This document shows, piece after piece, positions 1 to 7,807 of a stretch of 12,373 nucleotides of DNA. The notes beneath the pieces are model-generated. The model searched no databases, had not been told where the DNA came from, and was given only the letters and a program-made list of their open reading frames with translations. The stretch covers positions 1 to 12,373 of the forward strand of contig JBIOTN010000157.1 in assembly GCA_044866005.1 (NCBI GenBank). Reading direction: 5' to 3'. This stretch comes from Candidatus Rokuibacteriota bacterium (lineage in GTDB: Bacteria > Methylomirabilota > Methylomirabilia > Rokubacteriales > DASRDR01). Numbering within the stretch: the stretch's first letter is position 1; each line of letters begins with the position of its first letter. The position numbers and the translations under genes were made by a program.

Positions 1-98
1 CCGGCCGGCTGCGGGGCAGCGCCGGCGCCACCCGCGGGTGGCCGGCGCAGCGGGACGACAGGGTCCGCGGGTGGCCGACAGCCGGCGCGGGGTGGCGG

Positions 99-1148
99 CT
101 AGTCGGACGTGGGCTTGCTCTCGTCCACCGGCGCGCGGAAGAGCCCGTTCCGGATCTCCTGCTCGCGCGTCTTCACCAGGTCGACGACGTCCTTCGGGAG
201 CTTCGACTCCCAGCCGCGGAACGGCGCGAGCCGGGCGCCGCCCTTCTGCATCATCGTCCACTCGGCGTAGTCCATGGCGACGAAGGTGCCCCGCCGCACG
301 GACTCCACCGCGAACTTGACCAGCGGGTACACGTCCCAGACGGGGCCCGTGATGACGGTCTCCGGCGCCAGGTGCTGCTGGTCCAGCAGGTTGCCGAAGG
401 CGAGCTTGCCGCGCTCCTTCGCCGCGTCGATCACGCCGTAGCGCTCGGCGTAGAGCAGATCGGCGCCCGCCTCGATCTGCGCCAGCGCGGCCTCCTTGGC
501 CTTCGGCGGGTCGAACCAGCTCCCGATGAACGCCACCTTCACCTTGACGTTCGGGTTGACGTCCCGGGCGCCCGCCTTGAAGGCGTTGATCAGGCGGTTC
601 ACCTCGGGCACGGGGTGGCCGCCCACGACCCCGAGGACGTTCGACTTCGTGAGCTTGCCGGCGATCACGCCGCAGAGGTAGGCGGGCTCGTGGATCCAGT
701 CGTCGAAGACGCCGAAGTTCGGCTGGGCCGGGCCGAGACCGGAGCCGAAGAGGAACTTGATCTTCGGGTAGGCCTTCGCCACGCGCCGCGCGGCCTGCTC
801 CTGGCCGAAGGCGTCGCCCATGACGAGGTCGTAGCCCTTCTCCGCGTACTCGCGCACCACGCGCTCGAAGTCGGCGCCGGCGACCTTCTCCGTCCACTGG
901 TAGTCGATGCCGAGCTCCTTCTGCGCGCGGAGCAGGGCCTGGTGGATGGCGCCGTCCCACGGCTCCTCGATGGGGGTCTGGAAGATGGACACCACGCGGA
1001 GCTTCTTGGCCGGCGCGGCGGCCGCGGGCTTCGCCGGCGGGGTCTTCTGCTGCTGGGCGTCGGCCGCCGCGGGCCCGAAGCCCGCCAGGCTCGCCGCGAG
1101 CCACAGCGCCGCGACCGTCGCGGAGGTCAGTGCGCTGAGCCGTCTCAT
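99..1148 (-). CDS. BMP-family (PnrA/Med-like) ABC transporter substrate-binding protein, probably for nucleosides/purines
   Basis: 349 aa from the ATG at 1148, preceded by RBS AAGGAGG. Signal peptide MRRLSALTSATVAALWLAASLAGFGPAAADA. BMP-type motifs include YAEKGYDLV, EPAYLCGVIAGKLTKSNVLGVVGG, INAFKAGA and IGSWFDPPKAKEAALAQIEAGAD. The ORF-track start at 1247 falls inside the promoter. Confidence 0.9.
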   Translation of the reverse strand: MRRLSALTSATVAALWLAASLAGFGPAAADAQQQKTPPAKPAAAAPAKKLRVVSIFQTPIEEPWDGAIHQALLRAQKELGIDYQWTEKVAGADFERVVREYAEKGYDLVMGDAFGQEQAARRVAKAYPKIKFLFGSGLGPAQPNFGVFDDWIHEPAYLCGVIAGKLTKSNVLGVVGGHPVPEVNRLINAFKAGARDVNPNVKVKVAFIGSWFDPPKAKEAALAQIEAGADLLYAERYGVIDAAKERGKLAFGNLLDQQHLAPETVITGPVWDVYPLVKFAVESVRRGTFVAMDYAEWTMMQKGGARLAPFRGWESKLPKDVVDLVKTREQEIRNGLFRAPVDESKPTSD

Positions 1149-1218
1149 GGGGTGCCTCCTTGGTGGCGTTGAGCGTCCCGGGGTGGCGCGATCCGGATGG
1201 GTCGCCGGAAACCGGCCA

Positions 1219-1247
1219 ATTATAGGGCGGGCCCGCGGGGGCGACAA
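1219..1247 (-). promoter_or_regulatory. sigma70-type promoter of the BMP gene
   Basis: The minus strand reads TTGTCG-N17-TATAAT (-35 at 1247-1242, perfect -10 at 1224-1219), about 70 nt upstream of the ATG. Confidence 0.75.
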
Positions 1248-1290
1248 GGCGCCCCCGGGCCCGATAGTGTCCTACTACCTTCCAACCGGG

Positions 1291-1572
1291 GTGATGAACA
1301 AGGCCATGAAGGACGCCGTCCTTGCAGTCGAAACGGTCCAGGTACGGCCTTATGAGGCTTGGATCCTTCCGTTCGTAGAGCATGAAGACGGCATGTGCGA
1401 TGAGGTCGGCAACCTGAAGCAGTCTCGTCTCTGCCATGCTTGCGAAGTAAGGGATATCGGCAAGGTTATGGAGCACGCCCCAACGGGTCCCGAGTTCCCC
1501 AAACCCCCGGACCCAGACACGAGCCCGCTTGTGAAAGCGCCCTTCTGAGAAAATTACTAGGCCGCGTTGAGG
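1291..1572 (-). pseudogene. C-terminal remnant of a DUF3800-family protein
   Basis: Manual translation of the minus frame starting at 1572 gives PQRGLVIFSEGRFHKRARVWVRGFGELGTRWGVLHNLADIPYFASMAETRLLQVADLIAHAVFMLYERKDPSLIRPYLDRFDCKDGVLHGLVHH. This matches my recollection of DUF3800 C-termini (QRG.IIFD...WG.L.NLA..P.F.DS...RL.Q.AD..A...DGV.HGL). The N-terminal DES motif and a start are absent. GC is lower (34/60 in 1381-1440 versus 43/60 in 421-480). Confidence 0.75.
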
Positions 1573-1591
1573 GTGAGGGCCGGCCGGCGCC

Positions 1592-2146
1592 TCAGCGGCG
1601 GACGCTGACCTCCATGGCGTCGGCGCCGAAGTCGTGCTCGCGGCTCGCGTAGCGTCCGCTCCGGCGGACGTGCGCGAGGTAGGGCCGGACGGCCTGGCGG
1701 AAGATCTTCGTGTTGTCGGCCACGACCACGGCGCCGGCCCGGAGCCGGGGCTCGAGCGCGCGGAGGTAGTCGAGGTACTCCTCCTTCGCCGCGTCGATGA
1801 AGACGAAGTCGAAGGGACCCGGGAGGCGCGGCAGCACGCGCCGGCCATCGCCGACGATCACGCGGACGCGACCCGCCAGCCCGGCCGCCGCGACGTTCCG
1901 CTCGACGAGCCCGGCCAGGAACGCGTTCGCCTCGACGCAGGTGAGGCGGCCGCGCGGCGGCAGGTGTCCCGCGATCAGGATGGCCGAGTAGCCGAAGAGC
2001 GAGCCCACCTCGAGCGCCCGCCGGGGCCGGTGCCGCGCCAGGAGGCGCACGATGAGCCGACCCTTGGCGCGGCCGATCACCGGGAAGCGCCACAGCGCCG
2101 TGGCCTGGTCCATCAGGCGGAGCATCCGCTCGGCCGTCGCGGTCAT
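1592..2146 (-). CDS. class I SAM-dependent O-methyltransferase (caffeoyl-CoA OMT / YrrM-like family)
   Basis: Motif I ALEVGSLFGYSAI, acidic residue in LTCVEAN, IVGDG, FDFVFIDAAKEEYLDY and LRAGAVVVADN. Confidence 0.9.
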   Translation of the reverse strand: MTATAERMLRLMDQATALWRFPVIGRAKGRLIVRLLARHRPRRALEVGSLFGYSAILIAGHLPPRGRLTCVEANAFLAGLVERNVAAAGLAGRVRVIVGDGRRVLPRLPGPFDFVFIDAAKEEYLDYLRALEPRLRAGAVVVADNTKIFRQAVRPYLAHVRRSGRYASREHDFGADAMEVSVRR

Positions 2147-2228
2147 CGGTCAGCGCGAGCGACGCCAGGCCGCGGCGGGTCCTGCCGCCGGCGTGCCCCG
2201 GTCCGGCGCCACCCGCCGCGCCCAAGGC

Positions 2229-2879
2229 TCAGTCACGGGTGCGCTCTCCGCGGAGCGTGCGGACCTGGCTCCGGTGATCGAGCGCGTGGAGGCGCAACAC
2301 GAGGGCGTACTCCTTCCACGTGAGCTCGGCCGGGAATCGATCGGGGACGACGGCGCCGCCGGCGGCCGTCGCGTTCACCACGAGGATCGCCTGGACGGTC
2401 GGTCCCGTCGGCGGCTCGCGGCGCGTCGCCTCGGCGAGCAGCGCGTCCACCTCGGCGTTGGCGGAGCGGAGCCCCGCCACCAGCTCGTCCCACGGCGCCC
2501 ACGCGCCCGCGCCGGAGAGGATCCCCTCGTAGACCGGCGGGGCCGGCGGCCGCCGTCCGGCGAGGAGGTGCCGCAGCTCGTCCGCCGAGCGGATCGTGCT
2601 CTGCGCGTAGTGGTCGACGACCTCGGCGATGCTCCAGCCGCCCTCGGCCGGACGCCGGCGCGCCTCGGTCTCGGTCAGCCCGGCGAGCGCGCCCTCCAGC
2701 TCCGCGACAGCGGCCCGGAAGCGCGCGAGCAAGGCCGTCGTGGAGAGCGTGGCGGCCCGGTCGCGCAGGTACTCGAGGGTGCGCTGCCGCTCCGCGGACG
2801 GCGCGCTTGCCCCCGCGGCGCTCGGCGCCGACTCGGCCTCGCGGCTCAGATCGGCTCCCAACGTGTGCCGCTCCCGCAA
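2229..2879 (-). CDS. DinB-family (DinB_2) helical metalloprotein
   Basis: RRRPAEGGWSIAEVVDHY near the N-terminus and LHALDHRSQV at the C-terminus supply the typical His triad. The start is uncertain: TTG 2879, or TTG 2861 which has GGAG upstream. Confidence 0.8.
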   Translation of the reverse strand: MRERHTLGADLSREAESAPSAAGASAPSAERQRTLEYLRDRAATLSTTALLARFRAAVAELEGALAGLTETEARRRPAEGGWSIAEVVDHYAQSTIRSADELRHLLAGRRPPAPPVYEGILSGAGAWAPWDELVAGLRSANAEVDALLAEATRREPPTGPTVQAILVVNATAAGGAVVPDRFPAELTWKEYALVLRLHALDHRSQVRTLRGERTRD

Positions 2880-2958
2880 TGGCGCCGGTCGATGTCTCCC
2901 ATGGCCCAGGAGCCTACCGTGAGAACAACGCGACTCGCCTCTTGCATCACCGCAATGA

Positions 2959-3783
2959 CTAGGCGGCCTCGCGCGCGGCGCGCGCGAGCGCCGCGACCCG
3001 GGCCGGGTCCACGGGGTTGCCCGTCCGCCCGTCGCGCTTGAGCCAGGTGCCCACGATGACCCCGTCGGCCAGGGCGAGGAGGGCGCCGATCGTCTCGGGG
3101 CTCACCCCCGATCCCACCAGGAGCGGCCGGTCCGGCACCACCGCCCGGACGCGCTTGACGTCGGACAGCGCGGTCGGCTCGCCCGTCGCCGGGCCCGAGA
3201 CGACGAGGGCGTCGGCGAGTCCCCGCTCGGCGGCGTCTCGGGCGACCTGCTCGAGCTCGACCGGCGCCAGGGGCACGGCGTGCTTGCCGCCGACGTCCAC
3301 GAAGAGGCGTGTGGCCGTCCCGAGGAGGCGACGGTAGCGCAGCGTGCCGTAGGCGTCTCCCTGGATGACACCCTGGTCACCGACGACCGCCCCGGTGTGG
3401 ACGTTGACGCGGATGAAGGCCGCACCCGTGGCCGCCGCCACCGCGAGCGCGGCCTGGGCGTCGTTCTTGAGCACGTTGACGCCGACCGGGCAGGACACGG
3501 CGCGCCGCACCTCGGCGACGACACGAGCCATCGCGGCCACGGTCGCCGGGTCGACGCGGGTGGGACTGAAGGGCGCGTCGCCGAAGTTCTCGATCAGGCA
3601 GGCGTCGAAACCGCCCCCGACCAGGGCCCGCGCGTCGGCGAGGGCGTGCTCCACCACGGCGTCGAGCGAGCCGGCCCAGCGGGGGCTCCCGGGGAGCGGG
3701 AGGAGGTGGACCATCCCGACGAGGAGCCGCGGCCAGCCGGGCAAGGGGGCGCGGCTCGTCGTGTGCTCCTCCCGGCTCGGCAC
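2959..3783 (-). CDS. btpA: BtpA/SgcQ-family TIM-barrel protein
   Basis: Family motifs GMVHLLPLPGSP, IENFGDAPF, GVNVLKND, DVGGKHA, ADALVVSGPATG, LVGSGV and DGVIVGT.LK.DG...NPVD. GTG start with GGAGG RBS. Confidence 0.9.
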   Translation of the reverse strand: MPSREEHTTSRAPLPGWPRLLVGMVHLLPLPGSPRWAGSLDAVVEHALADARALVGGGFDACLIENFGDAPFSPTRVDPATVAAMARVVAEVRRAVSCPVGVNVLKNDAQAALAVAAATGAAFIRVNVHTGAVVGDQGVIQGDAYGTLRYRRLLGTATRLFVDVGGKHAVPLAPVELEQVARDAAERGLADALVVSGPATGEPTALSDVKRVRAVVPDRPLLVGSGVSPETIGALLALADGVIVGTWLKRDGRTGNPVDPARVAALARAAREAA

Positions 3784-3823
3784 CCGCGTCCTCCCGGTCG
3801 CGGCGCGCGCCGGGCCCGCCGCG

Positions 3824-4588
3824 CTACGCCGCCGCTCGAAGCCCCAGGTGGTAGGCCCGTCCCCGCTCGTAGCCGCGCTGGAACGCCTCGTCGCGGTAGA
3901 CGTCCGGGTGACGGGTGCGGAGGTATTCTACGACGTCGGCGTAGGGGCGCGCCCGGGTATTTGGGTCGAGGGCCGCCTCGAAGCCGCGGCGGTAGCTCGG
4001 CTCGTCGCGCTCGAAGTGGCTGAAGTCGCGGCCCTCGGTCGCGTAGTGCTCCGCCTCCGCCGTCCGGAGGCCGATCCACCACCGATCGCGCGCGGCATCC
4101 AGGCTCTCGGCGCCGGCGCGCGAGAGCACGTCGCGCGCCGCCTCGGCCTGGGCCTCGTCCTCGGCGACCACGATGACGACCGTGCGGCCGCGGCGCAGCG
4201 CATCGCGGTAGAGGAAGAGCTCGTCCTTCGGGACGCCGCCGCTGAGCGTGTCCTCGATCGCCCCCCCGACGGCTGCGCCGCCCGCGGCGAGGAGCGCCCC
4301 CGCGATGACGCCGAGCGCGATCACCGGCCCCACGCCGGGGACCACCGCGGTCGCCGCCGCGGCGCTCATGCCGCCGGCCGCCCCGACCGCGCCGCCGACG
4401 ACGCCGCCGATTGCCGACCCCATGCCCGGCTGCTCGGTCTCCGTCGTCGGCACGGCGCCGAGGTCCTGCGTCGACGTCCCGGGAGTCAGCAGGTTGATCC
4501 GGTCGGGCCCGAGGCCGACCGTGCCGAGGTCGCGAGCGGCGCGCTCGGCGTCCGCTCGTGACGTGAACAGGCCGACGGTGGTCTTCAT
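3824..4588 (-). CDS. general-stress-protein-like membrane protein (YflT/17M-like N-terminus, Gly/Ala-rich hairpin)
   Basis: ATG 4588 with CAGGAGG RBS. Contains MKTTVGLFTSRADAERAARDL, a glycine-zipper segment GGVVGGAVGAAGG..VPGVGPVIALG, and GVPKDELFLYRDALRRGRTVVIV. Confidence 0.75.
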   Translation of the reverse strand: MKTTVGLFTSRADAERAARDLGTVGLGPDRINLLTPGTSTQDLGAVPTTETEQPGMGSAIGGVVGGAVGAAGGMSAAAATAVVPGVGPVIALGVIAGALLAAGGAAVGGAIEDTLSGGVPKDELFLYRDALRRGRTVVIVVAEDEAQAEAARDVLSRAGAESLDAARDRWWIGLRTAEAEHYATEGRDFSHFERDEPSYRRGFEAALDPNTRARPYADVVEYLRTRHPDVYRDEAFQRGYERGRAYHLGLRAAA

Positions 4589-4647
4589 GCGAGCCTCCTG
4601 TGCGCCGTCCGCGCGGACGGACGGCATACGGACCTAGCGCCTTGCGC

Positions 4648-4664
4648 AGCAAGTCGCATGCCGC
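4648..4664 (-). promoter_or_regulatory. sigma54 (-24/-12) promoter for the general-stress gene
   Basis: The minus strand reads GCGGCATGCGACTTGCT (GG-N10-GC). Predicted +1 is near 4637, about 50 nt before ATG 4588. Confidence 0.7.
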
Positions 4665-4677
4665 TTGGGCGCCGGCC

Positions 4678-4694
4678 CTGGCATCCGCCTTGCT
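4678..4694 (+). promoter_or_regulatory. sigma54 (-24/-12) promoter for topoisomerase IB
   Basis: CTGGCATCCGCCTTGCT matches YTGGCA-N6-TTGCW. Predicted +1 is near 4705. Confidence 0.75.
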
Positions 4695-4707
4695 CCCGGC
4701 CCGCCTC

Positions 4708-5808
4708 GTGGCCCGGAATGGACGGCGACGGCCTCCCATCGACCCGGCGGCGTCGGCGGAAGCGGCGAGCCTCCGCTACGTCACCGACGCCCGGCCGGGG
4801 ATCCGCCGTCGCCGCGCCGGCCGGCAGTTCCGGTACGTGGGCGCCGACGGCCGGCCGGTCCGGGATGCCGCGGAGCGTCGACGGATCCGCGCGCTGGCCG
4901 TGCCGCCCGCCTGGCGCGAGGTATGGATCTGTCCCGATCCCCGGGGCCACCTCCAGGCGACCGGCCGGGACGCCCGGGGCCGCAAGCAGTACCGGTACCA
5001 CCCGCGCTGGCGCACGGTGCGCGACGAGACCAAGTACGCCCGGCTGATCGCGTTCGGGGAGGCGCTCCCGAAGATCCGCGCCCGGACGGCCCGGGACCTC
5101 GCCGCCCGCGGCCTCCCGCGCGCAAAGGTGCTCGCCACGGTCGTCCGGCTCCTCGAGGTGACGCTGATCCGCGTGGGCAACCTGGAATACGCCCGCGCCA
5201 ACGGGTCGTTCGGGCTCACGACGCTCCGCGCGCGCCACGTGGACGTGTCGGGCGCGACCGTGCGCTTCGAGTTCCGCGGCAAGGGCGGGAAGCCGCACCT
5301 GGTGGACGTGAACGATCGCCGGCTCGCGGCGGTCGTGAGGCGCTGCCAGGCGCTCCCGGGGCACGAGCTCTTCCAGTACGTCGACGAGACCGGGGCGCGC
5401 CAGACGATCGGCTCGGGCGACGTGAATGACTACCTCCGCGCGATCACCAGCCAGGAGTTCACGGCCAAGGACTTCCGCACCTGGGCCGGCACCGTCCTGG
5501 CGCTCTCCGCCCTCCAGGGGAACGGCGCGGCCCGGAGCGCCCGCCACGCCCGGCGAAGCGTCCAGCACGCGATCGCCGGGGTCGCGGCGCGGCTCGGCAA
5601 CACGCCCGCGATCTGCCGGAAGAGCTACGTCCACCCGGCCGTCGTCGACGCCTACCTCGACGGCACCGTCCGGCCCCGGCGGCTCTCGCCGGTCAACGGG
5701 AGCGGCCCCCGCTCGGCGAACGGGCTCCGCCGGGACGAGGCCGCGGTGATGGCGCTCCTCCGCCGCTCGGCCGGGCGCGACGGGTCGCGGCGGCTGCCCG
5801 CGGCATAG
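4708..5808 (+). CDS. bacterial (poxvirus-like) DNA topoisomerase IB
   Basis: Motifs LRYVTD..PGI.R, VPPAW..VWIC, GHLQATGRDARGRKQYRYHP, IRVGN, GLTTLR, FRGKGGK, FTAKDFRTWAGT and LGNTPAICRKSYVHP, with catalytic R, K, R, N and Y present. GTG 4708 is preferred over 4600, which would run across the divergent promoters. Confidence 0.95.
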   Translation: MARNGRRRPPIDPAASAEAASLRYVTDARPGIRRRRAGRQFRYVGADGRPVRDAAERRRIRALAVPPAWREVWICPDPRGHLQATGRDARGRKQYRYHPRWRTVRDETKYARLIAFGEALPKIRARTARDLAARGLPRAKVLATVVRLLEVTLIRVGNLEYARANGSFGLTTLRARHVDVSGATVRFEFRGKGGKPHLVDVNDRRLAAVVRRCQALPGHELFQYVDETGARQTIGSGDVNDYLRAITSQEFTAKDFRTWAGTVLALSALQGNGAARSARHARRSVQHAIAGVAARLGNTPAICRKSYVHPAVVDAYLDGTVRPRRLSPVNGSGPRSANGLRRDEAAVMALLRRSAGRDGSRRLPAA

Positions 5809-5827
5809 CGCGCGCCCTCAGGCAATC

Positions 5828-5853
5828 CTCGAGGGGGCCGTCGAGGCCCCGAG
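5828..5853. repeat. short GC-rich palindrome (REP-like or possible terminator) between convergent genes
   Basis: CTCGAGGGGGCC-GTCGA-GGCCCCGAG: a GGGGCC/GGCCCC stem with outer CTC/GAG and no U-tract. Confidence 0.4.
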
Positions 5854-5858
5854 AGAAG

Positions 5859-7712
5859 TCAGGCGGTCCGGGCGGGGCGGGGGCGGCGGCCGACGGCGGG
5901 CAGGAGCTGGGCGAGCTGCTCCCGGGTCTCGAGGAGCGTCGTCCCGACCTCGTCGGCGCCGGCGGAGAGGAGGTGCGCGCGCGTCTCCTCGTGGTGGTTG
6001 CCGTTCCGCCCCCAGCGCCCGACGAGGATCTTCGCCTCGGGCAGCGTGGCGCGGAGGCGCTTGACGAGGTAGCGCGTCCGGGCGACGCCGCCGGGCGGCA
6101 GCGCGGCCACGCAGATCGCGGCCGGGCGCGTCTCCCGGACCAGGGCGACGAGCTCGGCGGACGTGAGCTCGGACCCGGCGATCGTCAGCTCGCAGCGCGT
6201 CCCGGCGAGCAGGTGGCGGAGCATGACGAGGGCCAGCTCGTCGACCTCGTCGCGCGCCGGGCAGCCGAGGACGCGGACGCCTCCGTCGCCCGCCGCGCGC
6301 GGGGCGGGCGACGGCTGCGCCCGCCCTGCCGGGCTGCCCGCCTCGGCGAGCGGGCGGGTCTCCAGCTCCTCGACGATCTCGCGCGTGGCGGAGAGGACGA
6401 ACTGCTCCTCCTCGTCCGGGAGCTCGTCACGCGCGCGGTCGCGCTTGGCGCACTTGAGCGCCGGCACGAGCAGCTCGTCGTAGACGCGCTCGAGGGGGTG
6501 CTCCGCGACGTAGCCTTCGACGATCTGCGCTGCCTCGTCCTGGTCCTCGGCCAGGAGCCGCTGGTAGTAGCGGACGTGGGTCTCCAGCACCGGCTCGTCA
6601 CCCATGAGGATGACGAGGAACTCGAGCTCCCGCACGTGCTTGCCCAGGACGACGAGGCACACAGTGAGCGGCGTCGCGAGAACGAGCCCGACCGGCCCCC
6701 AGAGCCAGGTCCAGAAGCCCACCGCGATCAGGAGCGCGACCTCCGAGATCCCGGCCCCCGCTCCGTAGAAGATCGGCTCGATGACGAGGAAGATCGTCGG
6801 CTCGACCACCGCGAAGAGGCCGATGACGAGCAAGGGCTGGACCCAGCCGTCGAAGACCGCGAGGGCCAGCAGGGACGGAAGGATCGCGGCCAGCCAGGGC
6901 CCGACGTACGGGATGAACCGCAGCAGGCCGGCCAGGAATCCCCACAGGAGCGCGTAGGGCAGGCCGATGAGGAAGAGCCCGAGCCCCACCGCCGCGCCGA
7001 ACGTGGAGTTGATGATGGACAGGCGCGAGAGGTAGTGGCTGATCCGCTCGCCGGCCTCGTCGAGCGCGCGGGTCGTCAGCGGCAGGCGTCTCCCGCCGCC
7101 GAGCCGGATGAGCCGGTCGCGCAGCTCCTGTCGGCGGATGAGCATGAAGATGACCAGCGCGATCACCAGCCCCACGGTGACGAGGGATTCCATGAGGGTG
7201 GGGAGCTGGCGGATGAGCGCGGGCTTGTCGGACTGGATCACGACGGGCACGGGATCCTGGCCGCCGCCGCCCGGCTCCTGCTTCTTCATCTCGCCGAGCA
7301 GCTCGTTGACCATCCGCTGGAGCCGGTCCAGCACGGTGCCCCGGCCCGCCCACCGGACGTCGGCGATCTTCTGCCGGATGTTGTCCTGGTACTTCGGCAG
7401 CTCGTTGGCGAGGTTCTTCACCTGGATGGCGAGGAGCCAGCCGACCCCGCCGAGGACGGAGACCGTGAGGAGCACGACGACGAGGACGGAGAGGGTCCGG
7501 GCGACACCCCGGCGCTGGAGCGCCACGACGGCCGGGCTCAGCAGGAAGGTGAGGAGCATCGCGACCGCGACCGGCATGAGGACCGGGCGCGCGAGATAGA
7601 GCGAGCCGGTGACGAGGACGAGAGTCGCCAGGATGATCAGCGGACGGAGCTTGCGAAGGGCGCCGGACCCCCTGCGGGGCCGGTGGCGGGGTCGGGCGAG
7701 GCTAGGCGGCAC
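5859..7712 (-). CDS. AI-2E (PerM/UPF0118) family transporter with C-terminal cobalamin-binding-like domain
   Basis: Multiple TM helices and motifs LMPVAVAMLLTFLLSP, ELPKYQDNI, RLIRL, IGLPYALLWGFLAGLLRFIPYVGP and FWTWLWGPVGLVLATPLT. About 240 aa of soluble C-terminus with a helical cap and a Rossmann-like fold. The start is approximate. Confidence 0.9.
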   Translation of the reverse strand: MPPSLARPRHRPRRGSGALRKLRPLIILATLVLVTGSLYLARPVLMPVAVAMLLTFLLSPAVVALQRRGVARTLSVLVVVLLTVSVLGGVGWLLAIQVKNLANELPKYQDNIRQKIADVRWAGRGTVLDRLQRMVNELLGEMKKQEPGGGGQDPVPVVIQSDKPALIRQLPTLMESLVTVGLVIALVIFMLIRRQELRDRLIRLGGGRRLPLTTRALDEAGERISHYLSRLSIINSTFGAAVGLGLFLIGLPYALLWGFLAGLLRFIPYVGPWLAAILPSLLALAVFDGWVQPLLVIGLFAVVEPTIFLVIEPIFYGAGAGISEVALLIAVGFWTWLWGPVGLVLATPLTVCLVVLGKHVRELEFLVILMGDEPVLETHVRYYQRLLAEDQDEAAQIVEGYVAEHPLERVYDELLVPALKCAKRDRARDELPDEEEQFVLSATREIVEELETRPLAEAGSPAGRAQPSPAPRAAGDGGVRVLGCPARDEVDELALVMLRHLLAGTRCELTIAGSELTSAELVALVRETRPAAICVAALPPGGVARTRYLVKRLRATLPEAKILVGRWGRNGNHHEETRAHLLSAGADEVGTTLLETREQLAQLLPAVGRRPRPARTA

Positions 7713-7790
7713 CGGGTCCCATCTCGCGGCCGCGCTCGGCGCGCGCCGCGGCCTGAACGCTCACTCGGACGAGTCGCTGCCGTTCGGGAC

Positions 7791-7807
7791 TGCAAGAACA
7801 GTGCCGC
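7791..7807 (-). promoter_or_regulatory. sigma54 (-24/-12) promoter for the AI-2E gene
   Basis: The minus strand reads GCGGCACTGTTCTTGCA. Predicted +1 is near 7780, about 70 nt upstream of GTG 7712. Confidence 0.75.

Noticed and set aside
19..77. Perfect palindrome GCCACCCGCGGGTGGC (27-42) and a repeated CCGCGGGTGGCCG downstream of the BMP gene
   Set aside because: The sequence is almost pure GC, has no U-tract, and lies at the window edge. It may be an mRNA-stabilising hairpin but cannot be assigned.
1149..1212. Possible purine/nucleoside riboswitch in the BMP leader
   Set aside because: The leader is only about 64 nt and shows no recognisable aptamer consensus or expression platform.
907..1548. 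+ strand 213-aa ORF (or its 3' part MNKAMKDAV...) as the gene in the low-GC patch
   Set aside because: It has no recognisable motifs, and the opposite strand encodes a convincing DUF3800 fragment.
2942..2955. Palindrome TTGC-ATCACC-GCAA upstream of the DinB gene
   Set aside because: The half-sites are only 4 bp, it occurs once, and there is no GG at the -24 position, so it is too weak to call an operator or promoter.
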